A DNA stretch of 59,373 nucleotides from Nemertoderma westbladi (lineage: Eukaryota; Animalia; Xenacoelomorpha). This document shows positions 1-12,588 of the stretch, piece by piece (position 1 is the first letter of the stretch; every line of letters starts with the position of its first letter). A program made the position numbers and the translations under genes. The stretch is from assembly GCA_032718475.1 (NCBI GenBank), contig JAUCBJ010005375.1, positions 1-59,373 of the forward strand, in the 5' to 3' direction. Under the pieces are notes generated by a model. It saw nothing but the letters and a program-made list of their open reading frames with translations, had not been told where the DNA came from and did no database searches.

Positions 1-76
1 CTTTCGGTAAAATAAACTTATCATTCGAGGTTAAGACCCCTAGATCCCTTCCTATAATAAAGGTATATCTTATACA

Positions 77-149
77 GAGCCGCTAGCTGAATGGTTAGAG
101 CGTCAGACTTCCAACCTGGAGGTCATCAGTTCGATCCCACCTGGACATC
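77..149 (+). mobile_element. tRNA-derived SINE head or tRNA pseudogene in a DYNC2H1 intron
   Basis: A-box-like TAGCTGAATGG, anticodon-arm-like GACTTCCAACC and B-box GTTCGATCC at tRNA spacing. The acceptor stem does not pair well, so it is not called a functional tRNA. Confidence 0.6.
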
Positions 150-188
150 ATTGCCGACTTTGCAAAGGTGTGCCCAACAAAAGTTATA

Positions 189-1590
189 GTGAGATAAAGA
201 GTGGTAAAGAGATAGAGAGTGGTAGAGTGGTAAAGAGATAGAGAGTGGTAGAGTGGTAAAGAGATAGAGAGTGGTAGAGTGGTAAAGAGATAGAGAGTGG
301 TAGAGTGGTAAAGAGATATAGAGTGGTAAAGAGATAGAGAGTGGTAGAGTGGTAAAGAGATGTAGAGTGGTAAAGAGATATAGAGTGGTAGAGTGGTAAA
401 GAGATGTAGAGTGGTAGAGTGGTAAAGAGATAGAGAGTGGTAGAGTGGTAAAGAGATAGAGAGTGGTAGAGTGGTAAAGAGATAGAGAGTGGTAGAGTGG
501 TAAAGAGATAGAGAGTGGTAGAGTGGTAAAGAGATAGAGAGTGGTAGAGTGGTAAAGAGATAGAGAGTGGTAGAGTGGTAAAGAGATAGAGAGTGGTAGA
601 GTGGTAAAGAGATATAGAGTGGGTAAAGAGATAGAGAGTGGTAGAGTGGTAAAGAGATAGAGAGTGGTAGAGTGGTAAAGAGATAGAGAGTGGTAGAGTG
701 GTAAAGAGATAGAGAGTGGTAGAGTGGTAAAGAGATAGAGAGTGGTAGAGTGGTAAAGAGATAGAGAGTGGTAGAGTGGTAAAGAGATAGAGAGTGGTAG
801 AGTGGTAAAGAGATAGAGAGTGGTAGAGTGGTAAAGAGATAGAGAGTGGTAGAGTGGTAAAGAGATAGAGAGTGGTAGAGTGGTAAAGAGATATAGAGTG
901 GTAGAGTGGTAGAGAGATGGTAGAGTGGTAGAGTGGTAAAGAGATAGAGAGTGGTAGAGTGGTAAAGAGATAGAGAGTGGTAGAGTGGTAAAGAGATAGA
1001 GAGTGGTAGAGTGGTAAAGAGATAGAGAGTGGTAGAGTGGTAAAGAGATAGAGAGTGGTAGAGTGGTAAAGAGATAGAGAGTGGTAGAGTGGTAAAGAGA
1101 TAGAGAGTGGTAGAGTGGTAAAGAGATATAGAGTGGTAAAGAGATAGAGAGTGGTAGAGTGGTAAAGAGATAGAGAGTGGTAGAGTGGTAAAGAGATAGA
1201 GAGTGGTAGAGTGGTAAAGAGATAGAGAGTGGTAGAGTGGTAAAGAGATAGAGAGTGGTAGAGTGGTAAAGAGATAGAGAGTGGTAGAGTGGTAAAGAGA
1301 TAGAGAGTGGTAGAGTGGTAAAGAGATAGAGAGTGGTAAAGAGATAGAGAGTGGTAGAGTGGTAAAGAGATAGAGAGTGGTAGAGTGGTAAAGAGATAGA
1401 GTGTGAGTGGTAGAGTGGTGAGAGTGGTAAAGAGATAGAGAGTGGTAGAGTGGTAAAGAGATAGAGAGTGGTAGAGTGGTAAAGAGATAGAGAGTGGTAG
1501 AGTGGTAAAGAGATAGAGAGTGGTAGAGTGGTAAAGAGATAGAGAGTGGTAAAGAGATAGAGAGTGGTAGAGTGGTAGAGAGTGGTAAAG
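189..1590. repeat. 26-bp minisatellite (AGAGTGGTAGAGTGGTAAAGAGATAG)n, about 1.4 kb, intronic
   Basis: Tandem unit read directly; built from an 8-bp AGAGTGGT subunit; the + strand has no C. Confidence 0.97.
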
Positions 1591-1667
1591 AAGTGAAATA
1601 TTTTGATCCTTATCTCCATAATCTTCTCTTCGCTGGTGTTTACTTCCATGTATTTATTGTTGCCTAG

Positions 1668-2129
1668 GTGATCCGAGGTACTATGCATCTCAACGCCGAG
1701 GCCCAGACCTTAGCGACGTACTTAATGCGACAGGAGACGCCGTTGTCATGGCAGTCCTACTGGGAGGGCCCCGAGGACCCGGTTCACTACCTCCGCGGAC
1801 TGATGGCCCGCAGCATAGCGATCCAGGACTGGGTGGTCCAGGCGGACCGGGGGACCCTACTGACCCAGTCGCTCGATCTCTCGGAGCTGTTCCACCCCGA
1901 CTCCTTCCTCAACGCCGTGCGGCAGCTCACCGCCCGTCGCATCGAGTGCAGCATCGATGGGTTGAAGTTCGCGGCGAGTTGGTCCAGCTCCGGTGTCCGG
2001 GACGCCGCCATCCCGTTACAGATCGACGGACTGATGTTGGAGGGCTGTGTGTTCGACGGGTTACGACTTAGCGACAACCAACACGATACCCCCAGCGTGT
2101 CCGCTATACCAGCATGCCAAATCGCTTTC
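1668..2129 (+). CDS. DYNC2H1: Cytoplasmic dynein 2 heavy chain 1, penultimate coding exon (gene starts upstream of the window)
   Basis: VIRGT..WQSYWEGPEDPVHYLRGL..LDLSELFHPDSFLNAVRQ..GLMLEGCVFDG matches the DYNC2H1 C-terminal domain. Acceptor CCTAG ends at 1667, donor GTAAGT starts at 2130, phase 0. Confidence 0.93.
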
Positions 2130-2805
2130 GTAAGTTAAACTGAAAAACTTTTTCAAAAAGTAAAATTGTTGTCCGGTTTTTACTATATCGGGGAAATGGA
2201 TTTCAAATACTTTCTTTTGGGGAAATATTTTATTTTATTTGAAAAAATCCACATTAGTATTTCTCACTAATTTTTGAAGTGAATAAAATTGGCTTCTAAC
2301 ACGAATTGTTTTTTATGACTAAAATTGGAAGCAGTTCTGAGTTTCTTATCATATAACAAATATCTAATATAATATTTAACAACTAATAATGTATTAGTAC
2401 TAATAATGTATTGCAGTTCAAATACAAAAGTACCAGAATTTATATTACAGTAGCAATTAATAATTATTGTACATCTTCAGCCTGAGCAGTGGTTAATATT
2501 AACATTACATTACTTAAAATATGTGTAGCGCGGTTAGTAAAACTTATTTATCACAATATAAAGAAAGAAAGATAATTGAATGAATTTATCCATGTGAAAT
2601 ATTAAATACCAGGCTAAACAAATAATAAAAACAAACAACTTCTTCTTAATTCAAAAAATTGCAAATCGCGCGAATGAAAATGCAAGTTTATTTTGGTTTG
2701 TTTTATTAAATTCCACATTTTGTTTTATTAACCAGTTTATTTATTATTAAACACATATTAATTGAATTGATTTGTATGCGGTAAGCCTTTGGGAAGGTTT
2801 ACTTA

Positions 2806-2930
2806 TAATTAAACTAATACTTACCCGCCAATTAATAATTAAACTAATACTTACCCGCCAATTAATACTTAAACTAATACTTACCCGCCAATTAATAATT
2901 AAACTAATACTTACCCGCCAATTAATTAAT
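2806..2930. repeat. 30-bp tandem repeat, about 4 copies, in the last DYNC2H1 intron
   Basis: TAATTAAACTAATACTTACCCGCCAATTAA repeated just upstream of the 3' splice site. Confidence 0.9.
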
Positions 2931-2968
2931 TGTCGTGGATTTTCACTTCTTTAAATATATTTCTGTAG

Positions 2969-3136
2969 ATTCCAGTTTCGAGTCCGGACCCGTATCCTAG
3001 CAACGAGACGGTTTCTATTCCGATCTATATGAGCAGCGATCGGGAGAAGGTTGTCATAGAGATAGCGTTGCCATGCGGACAAGATAGAGACGCGTGGATA
3101 CAATGTGGAGCCGCTTTGTTCTTAAGGACCCAATGA
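2969..3136 (+). CDS. DYNC2H1: Cytoplasmic dynein 2 heavy chain 1, terminal exon (absent from the ORF track)
   Basis: After acceptor TTCTGTAG the frame reads IPVSSPDPYPSNETVSIPIYMSSDREKVVIEIALPCGQDRDAWIQCGAALFLRTQ-stop, which matches the conserved DYNC2H1 end (WIQCGAALFL). TGA at 3134-3136. Confidence 0.93.
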   Translation: MPVSSPDPYPSNETVSIPIYMSSDREKVVIEIALPCGQDRDAWIQCGAALFLRTQ

Positions 3137-3169
3137 TAGACTCTATTTGGCTGTGTAGCTGCGATCACA

Positions 3170-3285
3170 AACTGGGTGTTGGATTGATTTGTGTCTAATT
3201 TATTTTCTTTAATATGTCTTGTATTTATAAATACAAGACATATTAAAGAAAATAAATTAGACACAAATCAATTCAACACACAGTT
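3170..3285. repeat. 116-bp near-perfect palindrome in the DYNC2H1 3' UTR
   Basis: Centred on GTATTTA|TAAATAC (3227/3228) with 2 mismatches in the outer arm; AATAAA follows at 3289-3294. Confidence 0.9.
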
Positions 3286-3613
3286 ATAAATAAACTTGTT
3301 TATATTTAAATAATTTAGTATTTTGTTAATATTCGTTTTATAAACAATTTGTGCGAGATCATTTTATCTTATGACATTTTATTAGTTGAAGCCTATTATT
3401 TTCATTTTGCAATATTTATATTTGTTAACGTAATTTAATTATCACAAGTAAAAGAAAAATATTTGGTGTTCCAGAAGAATTATAATGTGATTATAAATCA
3501 GTTACATTCAAATATTAATTTTATTTGATGGGTAGTTGACCTCTCTACGGGCCAATTGCAATATAGTGTCTTAGGGTTTACAGGTTTTATGCAGTGTCGG
3601 ATTGAGAACTAAT

Positions 3614-6600
3614 TATGGGACTGAGGAGGACCAACTAAGGGAGTGAGGAGGGCCAACTATGGGAGTGAGGAGGGCCAACTATGGGAGTGAGGAGGACCAA
3701 CTATGGGACTGAGGAGGGCCAACTATGGGACTGAGGAGGACCAACTATGGGACTGAGGAGGACCAACTATGGGACTGAGGAGGACCAACTATGGGACTGA
3801 GGAGGACCAACTATGGGACTGAGGAGGACCAACTATGGGACTGAGGAGGACCAACTATGGGACTGAGGAGGACCAACTATGGGACTGAGGAGGACCAACT
3901 ATGGGACTGAGGAGGACCAACTATGGGACTGAGGAGGACCAACTATGGGAGTGAGGAGGACCAACTATGGGACTGAGGAGGACCAACTATTGGAATGAGG
4001 AGGACCAACTATGGGAGTGAGGAGGACCAACTATGGGACTGAGGAGGACCAACTATGGGACTGAGGAGGACCAACTATTGGAATGAAGAGGACCAACTAT
4101 GGGACTGAGGAGGACCAACTATGGGACTGAGGAGGACCAACTATGGGACTGAGGAGGACCAACTATGGGACTGAGGAGGACCAACTATTGGAATGAAGAG
4201 GACCAACTATGGGACTGAGGAGGACCAACTATGGGAGTCAGGAGGACCAAATATGGGACTGAGGAGGACCAACTATGGGACTGAGGAGGACCAACTATGG
4301 GACTGAGGAGGACCAACTATGGGACTGAGGAGGACCAACTATGGGACTGAGGAGGACCAACTATGGGACTGAGGAGGACCAACTATGGGACTGAGGAGGA
4401 CCAACTATGGGACTGAGGAGGACCAACTATGGGACTGAGGAGGACCAACTATGGGACTGAGGAGGACCAACTATGGGACTGAGGAGGACCAACTATGGGA
4501 CTGAGGAGGACCAACTATTGGAATGAAGAGGACCAACTATGGGACTGAGGAGGACCAACTATGGGAGTCAGGAGGACCAAATATGGGACTGAGGAGGACC
4601 AACTATGGGACTGAGGAGGACCAACTATGGGACTGAGGAGGACCAACTATGGGACTGAGGAGGACCAACTATGGGACTGAGGAGGACCAACTATGGGAGT
4701 CAGGAGGACCAAATATGGGACTGAGGAGGACCAACTATGGGAGTGAGGAGGACCAACTATGGTACTGAGGAGGACCAACTATGGGAGTCAGGAGGACCAA
4801 ATATGGGACTGAGGAGGACCAACTATGGGACTGAGGAGGACCAACTATGGGACTGAGGAGGACCAACTATGGGACTGAGGAGGACCAACTATGGGACTGA
4901 GGAGGACCAACTATGGGACTGATGAGGACCAACTATGGGACTGAGGAGGACCAACTATTGGACTGAGGAGGACCAACTATGGGAGTCCTGAGGACCAACT
5001 ATGGGACTGAGGAGGACCAACTATGGGACTGAGGAGGACCAACTATTGGACTGAGGAGGACCAACTATGGGACTGAGGAGGACCAACTATGGGACTGAGG
5101 AGGACCAACTATGGGAGTCAGGAGGACCAAATATGGGACTGAGGAGGACCAACTATTGGAATGAGGAGGACCAACTATGGGACTGAGGAGGACCAACTAT
5201 GGGACTGAGGAGGACCAACTATGGGAGTGAGGAGGACCAACTATGGGACTGAGGAGGACCAACTATGGGACTGAGGAGGACCAACTATGGGACTGAGGAG
5301 GACCAACTATGGGACTGAGGAGGACCAACTATGGGAGTCAGGAGGACCAAATATGGGACTGAGGAGGACCAACTAAGGGACTGAGGAGGACCAACTATGG
5401 GACTGAGGAGGACCAACTATGGGACTGAGGAGGACCAACTATGGGACTGAGGAGGACCAACTATGGGACTGAGGAGGACCAACTATGGGAGTGAGGAGGA
5501 CCAACTATTGGAATGAAGAGGACCAACTATGGGAGTGAGGAGGACCAACTATGGGACTGAGGAGGACCAACTATGGGAGTGAGGAGGACCAACTATGGGA
5601 CTGAGGAGGACCAACTATGGGAGTGAGGAGGACCAACTATGGGAGTGAGGAGGACCAACTATGGGACTGAGGAGGACCAACTATGGGACTGAGGAGGACC
5701 AACTATGGGAGTGAGGAGGACCAACTATGGGACTGAGGAGGACCAACTATGGGAGTGAGGAGGACCAACTATGGGACTGAGGAGGACCAACTATGGGGCT
5801 GAGGTGGACCAACTATGGGGCTGAGGAGGACCAACTATGGGACTGAGGAGGACCAACTATGGGACTGAGGAGGACCAACTATGGGACTGAGGAGGACCAA
5901 CTATGGGACTGAGGAGGACCAACTATGGGAGTGAGGAGGACCAACTATTGGAATGAAGAGGACCAACTATGGGAGGGAGGAGGACCAACTATGGGACTGA
6001 GGAGGACCAACTATGGGACTGAGGAGGACCAACTATGGGGCTGAGGAGGACCAACTATGGGGCTGAGGAGGACCAACTATGGGGCTGAGGAGGACCAACT
6101 ATGGGACTGAGGAGGACCAACTATGGGACTGAGGAGGACCAACTATGGGACTGAGGAGGACCAACTATGGGAGTGAGGAGGACCAACTATTGGAATGAAG
6201 AGGACCAACTATGGGAGTGAGGAGGACCAACTATGGGACTGAGGAGGACCAACTAAGGGACTGAGGAGGACCAACTATGGGACTGAGGAGGACCAACTAT
6301 GGGACTGAGGAGGACCAACTCTGGGAGTGAGGAGGACCAACTATGGGACTGAGGAGGACCAACTATGGGACTGAGGAGGACCAACTATGGGACTGAGGAG
6401 GACCAACTATGGGACTGAGGAAGACCAACTATTGGAATGAGGAGGACCAACTATGGGACTGAGGAGGACCAACTATGGGACTGAGGAAGACCAACTATTG
6501 GAATGAGGAGGACCAACTATGGGACTGAGGAGGACCAACTATGGGACTGAGGAGGACCAACTATGGGACTGAGGAGGACCAACTCTGGGAGTGAGGAGGA

Positions 6601-7660
6601 CCAACTATGGGACTGAGGAGGACCAACTATTGGAATGAAGATGACCAACTATGGGACTGAGGAGGACCAACTATGGGACTGAGGAGGACCAACTATGGGA
6701 CTGAGGAGGACCAACTATGGGACTGATGAGGACCAACTATGGGAGTCAGGAGGACCAAATATGGGGCTGAGGAGGACCAACTATGGGACTGAGGAGGACC
6801 AACTATGGGACTGATGAGGACCAACTCTGGGAATGAGGAGGACCAACTATGGGACTGAGGAGGACCAACTATGGGACTGAGGAGGACCAACTATGGGACT
6901 GATGAGGACCAACTCTGGGAATGAGGAGGACCAACTATGGGACTGAGGAGGACCAACTATTGGAATGAGGAGGACCAACTATGGGACTGAGGAGGACCAA
7001 CTCTGGGAGTGAGGAGGACCAACTATGGGAGTGAGGAGGACCAACTATGGGAGTGAGGAGGACCAACTATGGGACTGAGGTGGACCAACTATGGGACTGA
7101 GGAGGACCAACTATGGGACTGAGGAGGACCAACTATGGGACTGAGGAGGACCAACTATGGGACTGAGGAGGACCAACTATGGGACTGAGGAGGACCAACT
7201 ATGGGACTGAGGAGGACCAACTATGGGACTGAGGAGGACCAACTATGGGACTGAGGAGGACCAACTATGGGACTGAGGAGGACCAACTATGGGACTGATG
7301 AGGACCAACTATGGGACTGAGGAGGACCAACTATGGGACTGATGAGGACCAACTCTGGGAGTGAGGAGGACCAACTATGGGACTGAGGAGGACCAACTAT
7401 TGGAATGAGGAGGACCAACTATGGGACTGAGGAGGACCAACTCTGGGAGTGAGGAGGACCAACTCTGGGAGTGAGGAGGACCAACTATGGGACTGAGGAG
7501 GACCAACTATTGGAATGAGGAGGACCAACTATGGGACTGAGGAGGACCAACTCTGGGAGTGAGGAGGACCAACTCTGGGAGTGAGGAGGACCAACTATGG
7601 GACTGAGGAGGATCAACTATGGGACTGAGGACCAACTATGGGACTGAGGAGGACCAACTA
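3614..7660. repeat. 22-bp minisatellite (GGACCAACTATGGGACTGAGGA)n, about 4 kb, roughly 180 units
   Basis: Tandem array read directly, with recurring variant units and no unique spacers. Confidence 0.97.
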
Positions 7661-8066
7661 ATGGTACCTCAAAATATAACCAACTAAAACGATTTACTCT
7701 CAAAATAAAACTGTAGAACGTTTACCTATTGACATAAGTTTATTGTTTTGATTTGAATATCCTACCTCTGTAACCTGCCCCTTTCCTACTTGCTGCAAGT
7801 ACTACCCACGGTATTATGATATTCGTGGCTTGATTTGCACTCACACGTTACAGCCGCACTGATATTACTTCACACAACTATGCGGTGATAGTTAGTCTGG
7901 TAAACACAGCCGTTAGATATAAGGATATTCTGGCTCTGGGTTACCTCGAGTAACTTAAACGACATAACGTTAATCCAATAACTCTTCTGGTCAAGGGGAT
8001 TTATACTAACAACATGAGAGGGAGTATTAGCATTGCATTAGCATTAACAGTGCGGAAGATCAACTA

Positions 8067-8360
8067 GAGACAACTAACATACGACAAACGCCGAGCTTTA
8101 TGGTACAATACCACCTGTATCAACCACCCTCCGTGGGCACTGCTGGCGAAGTAAAGACGAGGTCATACCAGATCTACTTTTCTGGCAACCAACTCATGGA
8201 AAGCGTAGTCGTGGACGACCGGCCATAGAACATATATAGACCAGCTTGGAGGGAATACTGAACTTGAGAGAAATTAAATTGCGAAAACTATGGAGAATCG
8301 GGAAGCCTGGAAGGATCTCATTTCCACTGTCCGAGTTCGCTCGACCTAGTAGTAGTAGTA
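8067..8360 (+). mobile_element. 5'-truncated 3' end of the RTE-type LINE family found at 48900-52369
   Basis: Matches the reverse complement of about 48900-49200 and ends in GTTCGCTCGACC(TAG)n. Confidence 0.9.
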
Positions 8361-8655
8361 ACAGCGGACCTACCGGCCTCATGTTTAAAAATAAATAAAT
8401 ACTCTGATGAGTATTAATTGCTGCCGGTGGGGTGTTAGTAAATAAATAAATTCGAGTTCAGCTGGTCGTTTAATCTTAGTATATAATAATTGTTCAAAGT
8501 ACATAATTACGATTTGATTTAATTTAATAAAGTAAGTATATCATGATTTTTTAAAATACGTTAAAATGAACTAAAGTAATTTTACGCCTATATAAAATAA
8601 ATGATTTCAACTACCAGACAATTACACCTGTATCTGTACATAATTTGTGCCCAAC

Positions 8656-9291
8656 TCACAGGACATCTTGTTTCTGTCCCAGTCTGCTGTTTCTCTGTCG
8701 GTTAACCTCAACTAGAACCGCCCTAAGAGCGGCCCCCAGTTGCTTTACGTCGTACGGACGTCCAACGGGAGGCACGTGTACAAACAGTGAGTTACCCTTG
8801 GTTTGGTCCAGAGACAAATAATAAGTGAACTCGCACAAATAGCGACCCGCATCGTTGGATGCCTCTATCTCCAACCCCGGGTCGCCATACTTTATCGCCC
8901 TGACTATCTCACCAACATCCAATTGCGTCTTCAGTTCATCAGTGGCGTCTCCCTTCCAATTGCAACAATGGTTCCTAGGCAACTCATCAATCACATCAGG
9001 CTTTAGGTAACCATTGTTACAGGCTAATTCCTCAATCTCGAGTTTGTGACACAATCCAACCCCAACGTGAACCATCATATTAGGGTTATATTTTTTATGC
9101 AGTTCTGGAATTCGTCGTTTTACATACTCGTAGTTTACTGGCAATTCTTCTATTATGATGTCGCATAATGGTATTGGCGGGAGTTTCAAACATTCCTGAA
9201 CAGCCAGCCAGCTAACGTTGACTTTATGGCCTTGGAAAGGACCAAACCCGGTAAGAACAATTGTGTTTTGATCAGTAGAAGTAGATCCCAT
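8656..9291 (-). CDS. PGPEP1: Pyroglutamyl-peptidase I (peptidase C15), single coding exon
   Basis: IVLTGFGPF..VNVSW, VHVGV, ELACNNGY, DAGRYLCEFTYY (catalytic Cys) and FVHVP (catalytic His). First true ATG is at 9291; the ORF-track start at 9297 is TTG. Confidence 0.92.
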   Translation of the reverse strand: MGSTSTDQNTIVLTGFGPFQGHKVNVSWLAVQECLKLPPIPLCDIIIEELPVNYEYVKRRIPELHKKYNPNMMVHVGVGLCHKLEIEELACNNGYLKPDVIDELPRNHCCNWKGDATDELKTQLDVGEIVRAIKYGDPGLEIEASNDAGRYLCEFTYYLSLDQTKGNSLFVHVPPVGRPYDVKQLGAALRAVLVEVNRQRNSRLGQKQDVL

Positions 9292-11666
9292 TTTCAAATT
9301 AATCGCAAATCCGTCTAATCTTTGTTTACGACTGAATTAGGCCTATATTATCTGATTATGTACCGGTATGTACAGATGTAAGATTGTATGATAGTTGAGC
9401 GTAAGACAGCAAGATGAGGACTATCGGTACTCACTCAGTTACTGCTATAATAACTAGGTTACAAAAGTGGCGGCCCAAACCCTAATTAAAGCAGTAATCA
9501 GGTAATTGAACTCTAACCCTTTGCCCTAAGTCATGAGGCTCTAATCTAATAAATTTTGTGTAATTTATTAGGCCTACACCAAAGTCAGAAAGTACAGTCC
9601 TGCAGTCTGACAGTACATAGGTACAGCCATGGCCTATATATTATATATAATATAGTAGGCCATGGTACAGCACAGGCTGCACAGATGAGGTAGGCCTACA
9701 TAGATATGCCCGTCAGTGGGTGCAGGTACTTTAACTATTTAGGATGTTGCTCATTGTCAGTTTGTTGCTCGTTGTGCATTTTACTGTTTTACACCTATCT
9801 ATGGTTTAGCATTTTACTGGTTTAGTACACCCTTGCAGCCTTGGTACAGATTATGGCAGGTACAAGCTGATATGTTGTCTGTTTGTTTTTAAATCTACCA
9901 CCAAATTCAGCAAACATATATGGGGAGAGCCACGAACTCTGAGAACCCTGGCATTAGCCCGTAAAATTGAGTAAGGGCCGATTCGGCTTATCTGTCTGTC
10001 GGCCGGTCTTTTTGAAAACACTATCAATGTATGCGTGCAGCGCAGCAGATAAAATGTTTTGAAAATTACAGTTAATACATAAGTTTCTTGGGGTGACTAC
10101 TGTATGACACTACAAAACAAAGACCCAAAAAATTAAGACCTGCATAAATATTGTAACATCTGTTGTTAAATTTCCTTTATTGTTTTGGTATTGGTATTGG
10201 TTTAATGGTGCTCAAAGTACAACATTCAAATTAAAATGAACAATAAAATAACACAATTAAATAACACAGACATATATGACATTACATACATACATTGACA
10301 TGACAGAGATTTGCAGTGTTAATTTGGTGCTATAAAAATGGTACTATTACTAAAATTATTATTAAGATACATTGCGCACCGGGGATAGCCTCTTAAGGTG
10401 GACCTTGTTTCCGAGAGGGTCCCTGTTGTTTGTCTCAGAGATAAAAGTACAGTATTTACAATATGAGATTACGTTTACATAAATAAACAATAAAATATGT
10501 ATTTACATTTCTTGCATAAACTACGGTAAGACAAATTTTGGTGCTTAAAAATCTTAAAAATCAGATGCGATTGATAGGTTCGAGCCGTTCGACGTCCAAT
10601 TTAAAAAATATAATTCTTGAATAAAATAATAATTAAACCGTGAAGCTGTAAAAGTATCAAATAAAATAAAAATAGTGTATGAATATTTACATTTCTTGCA
10701 TAAAATAATACAAAATTAGGGCCACAGACTGAAATATATTATAAAATTTATTCAGTAATGCAGGATATCATTCTTTTAATATTCGTGAACAAAATATTTA
10801 TTGTATAACATTAAAAACTATTACTTACATTGTAGTACTGTATTATTAAGTAAAAAATATATCATACATAAAATATTTTGAGTTGCTTTGATATAAATGA
10901 AAAAAATATGTTGTTTTGGTAAAAATAGAGTATGAATATGAATGGAGTATGAAAGTTAAAGTTTTAAAAATATATCTTAAGATAACTAAAAAGCAGGGCG
11001 GGATGTTAATCAAGTGAACACAGGTAATGTGATTTTGGGGCCGTCCAAGTATGACGTGTGCACTTTTCCCCAAAATGTTGACCCCCTCCCTCCCCTAAAT
11101 CAGATGTCATCAGATAGGAGTTGACCCCCCCCCCCCTCCCCTAGATCAGATTAAAATTTTCTTTGTAATAAACTATTATATTATGAAGATTATTTATAAT
11201 CACTTGTAAATCATTCAATTATTATTTTTAATCAAATTATGAATAAGGTATAAAATAAAAATAAGGTATAAAAAGGTATAGAGTTGTAGTAGGATAGCCT
11301 ATCGTTTACATACTTGTACCTGATGCGACAGCAGTTTATGAATGATAATAAACAAACATACAGTAAGCTAATAATAGGCCTATATGAACCGGTAGAGGTA
11401 CCAGTACTGCAGTCTCTAACAATCATTAGCTTAGGATTAATGTTTCATTTTCAGGCGAACCGCAGTACCGCAGTACCCCAGTAGCACGCGTCCTAATCAC
11501 TGAAACATGGTGACTGGTAACTGAAACCGAAGATCGTGCTACGGGGCTTAAAATAGAGGCATCCCATCCCATTGGATGCTATTTATAGATCCATACCCCT
11601 TTTCTTTCCCCCTTTTCTTACGCGGTCTTACCCCCAGCACAGAGAAGATCTTCCCCCAGCTCGCGC

Positions 11667-12070
11667 ATGCTACCAAGACCGAATTCATGACCTTTAATGT
11701 TGATGGAAACTTGACAACCATTGATAATAATCAACTAAGGAAGGTCGACGACTTCCAGTACCTTGGATCATGGACAGAGAGTAGCAAAAAGGACATAGAA
11801 GTTAGGAAAGCAAAGGCTTGGATAGCTCTATCAAAAATGGATACCATCTGGAAATCAGATCTTTCCAGGCACCTGAAGACTAAGTTCTTTCGAGCCACGC
11901 AGTGGAAAGTGTATTTTTATACAACCGGCCATAACATATATAGATCAACTTGAAAGGGATACTGAACTTGGGAGAAACGAAATTGCGACAACTATGGAGA
12001 ATCGGGAACCCTGGAAGGATCTCATTTCCACTGTCCGAGTTCGCTCGACCTAGTACAGTAGTATAGTAGT
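11667..12070 (+). mobile_element. Truncated, internally deleted copy of the same RTE-type LINE
   Basis: ATKTEFMTFNVDGNLTTIDNNQLRKVDDFQYLGSW is near-identical to the RT in 49144-50127. Near 11921 it jumps to the element 3' end, followed by a degenerate TAG tail. Confidence 0.9.
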
Positions 12071-12197
12071 ATATCGATAAACCCATATATCTCAGTTTCA
12101 TTAGTAGTATGCTGCGATTCACCGTAACATAAGCTTTCTTGAGGTCTATTAACACCATCCCAGTTAACTGGCCACCATCTGCTGTTGGTAGGATGAA

Positions 12198-12398
12198 TTT
12201 GGTTCCCCCAACACGCCTCTGTAAGTAAGCTGCCCATTTACTATAACAGCTCCTTTAAATGGCAATGCGACCTAACCGTGTTTTTGTTTTGTTTTTGACG
12301 TAAAGTCGCGTTAGATCCCAAAGCGTTAGGTCCCATTGCCATTTAAAGGAGCAGGTAAGTAAAGGAGCAGGTTAAAGAGGCGTGTGGGGGGAACCAAA
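12198..12398. mobile_element. About 200-bp MITE-like inverted-repeat element
   Basis: TTTGGTTCCCCCAACACGCCTCT...GCTCCTTTAAATGGCAATG pairs with CATTGCCATTTAAAGGAGC...AGAGGCGTGTGGGGGGAACCAAA. Confidence 0.7.
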
Positions 12399-12588
12399 AC
12401 AAATAAACGAAAGTTAACACAGGTGTTTTGTGCTGGTCTTTATTATTTGGGTCTTTATTGTTTTGTATAGTCACCCAAGTTTCTTGCGAGAAAACACGAG
12501 GTGTTGAATGGAAATAAAATTTCCAAAAGGATTTTAAGACTTATCTAAGGGTTAAGGGGAAGCACGACGCAATCAAAATAGATTCCTC

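Noticed and set aside
77-149. Functional tRNA genes here and at 57979-58050
   Set aside because: Acceptor and anticodon stems pair poorly and there is no clean terminator; better explained as SINE heads.
126-1688. 520-aa minus-strand ORF
   Set aside because: Translation of the 26-bp minisatellite; periodic peptide, antisense within a DYNC2H1 intron.
3614-7660. CRISPR array or tandem hammerhead ribozymes (each unit has CTGANGA)
   Set aside because: No unique spacers or cas genes and the context is eukaryotic; no GAAA core half or stem II for a hammerhead.
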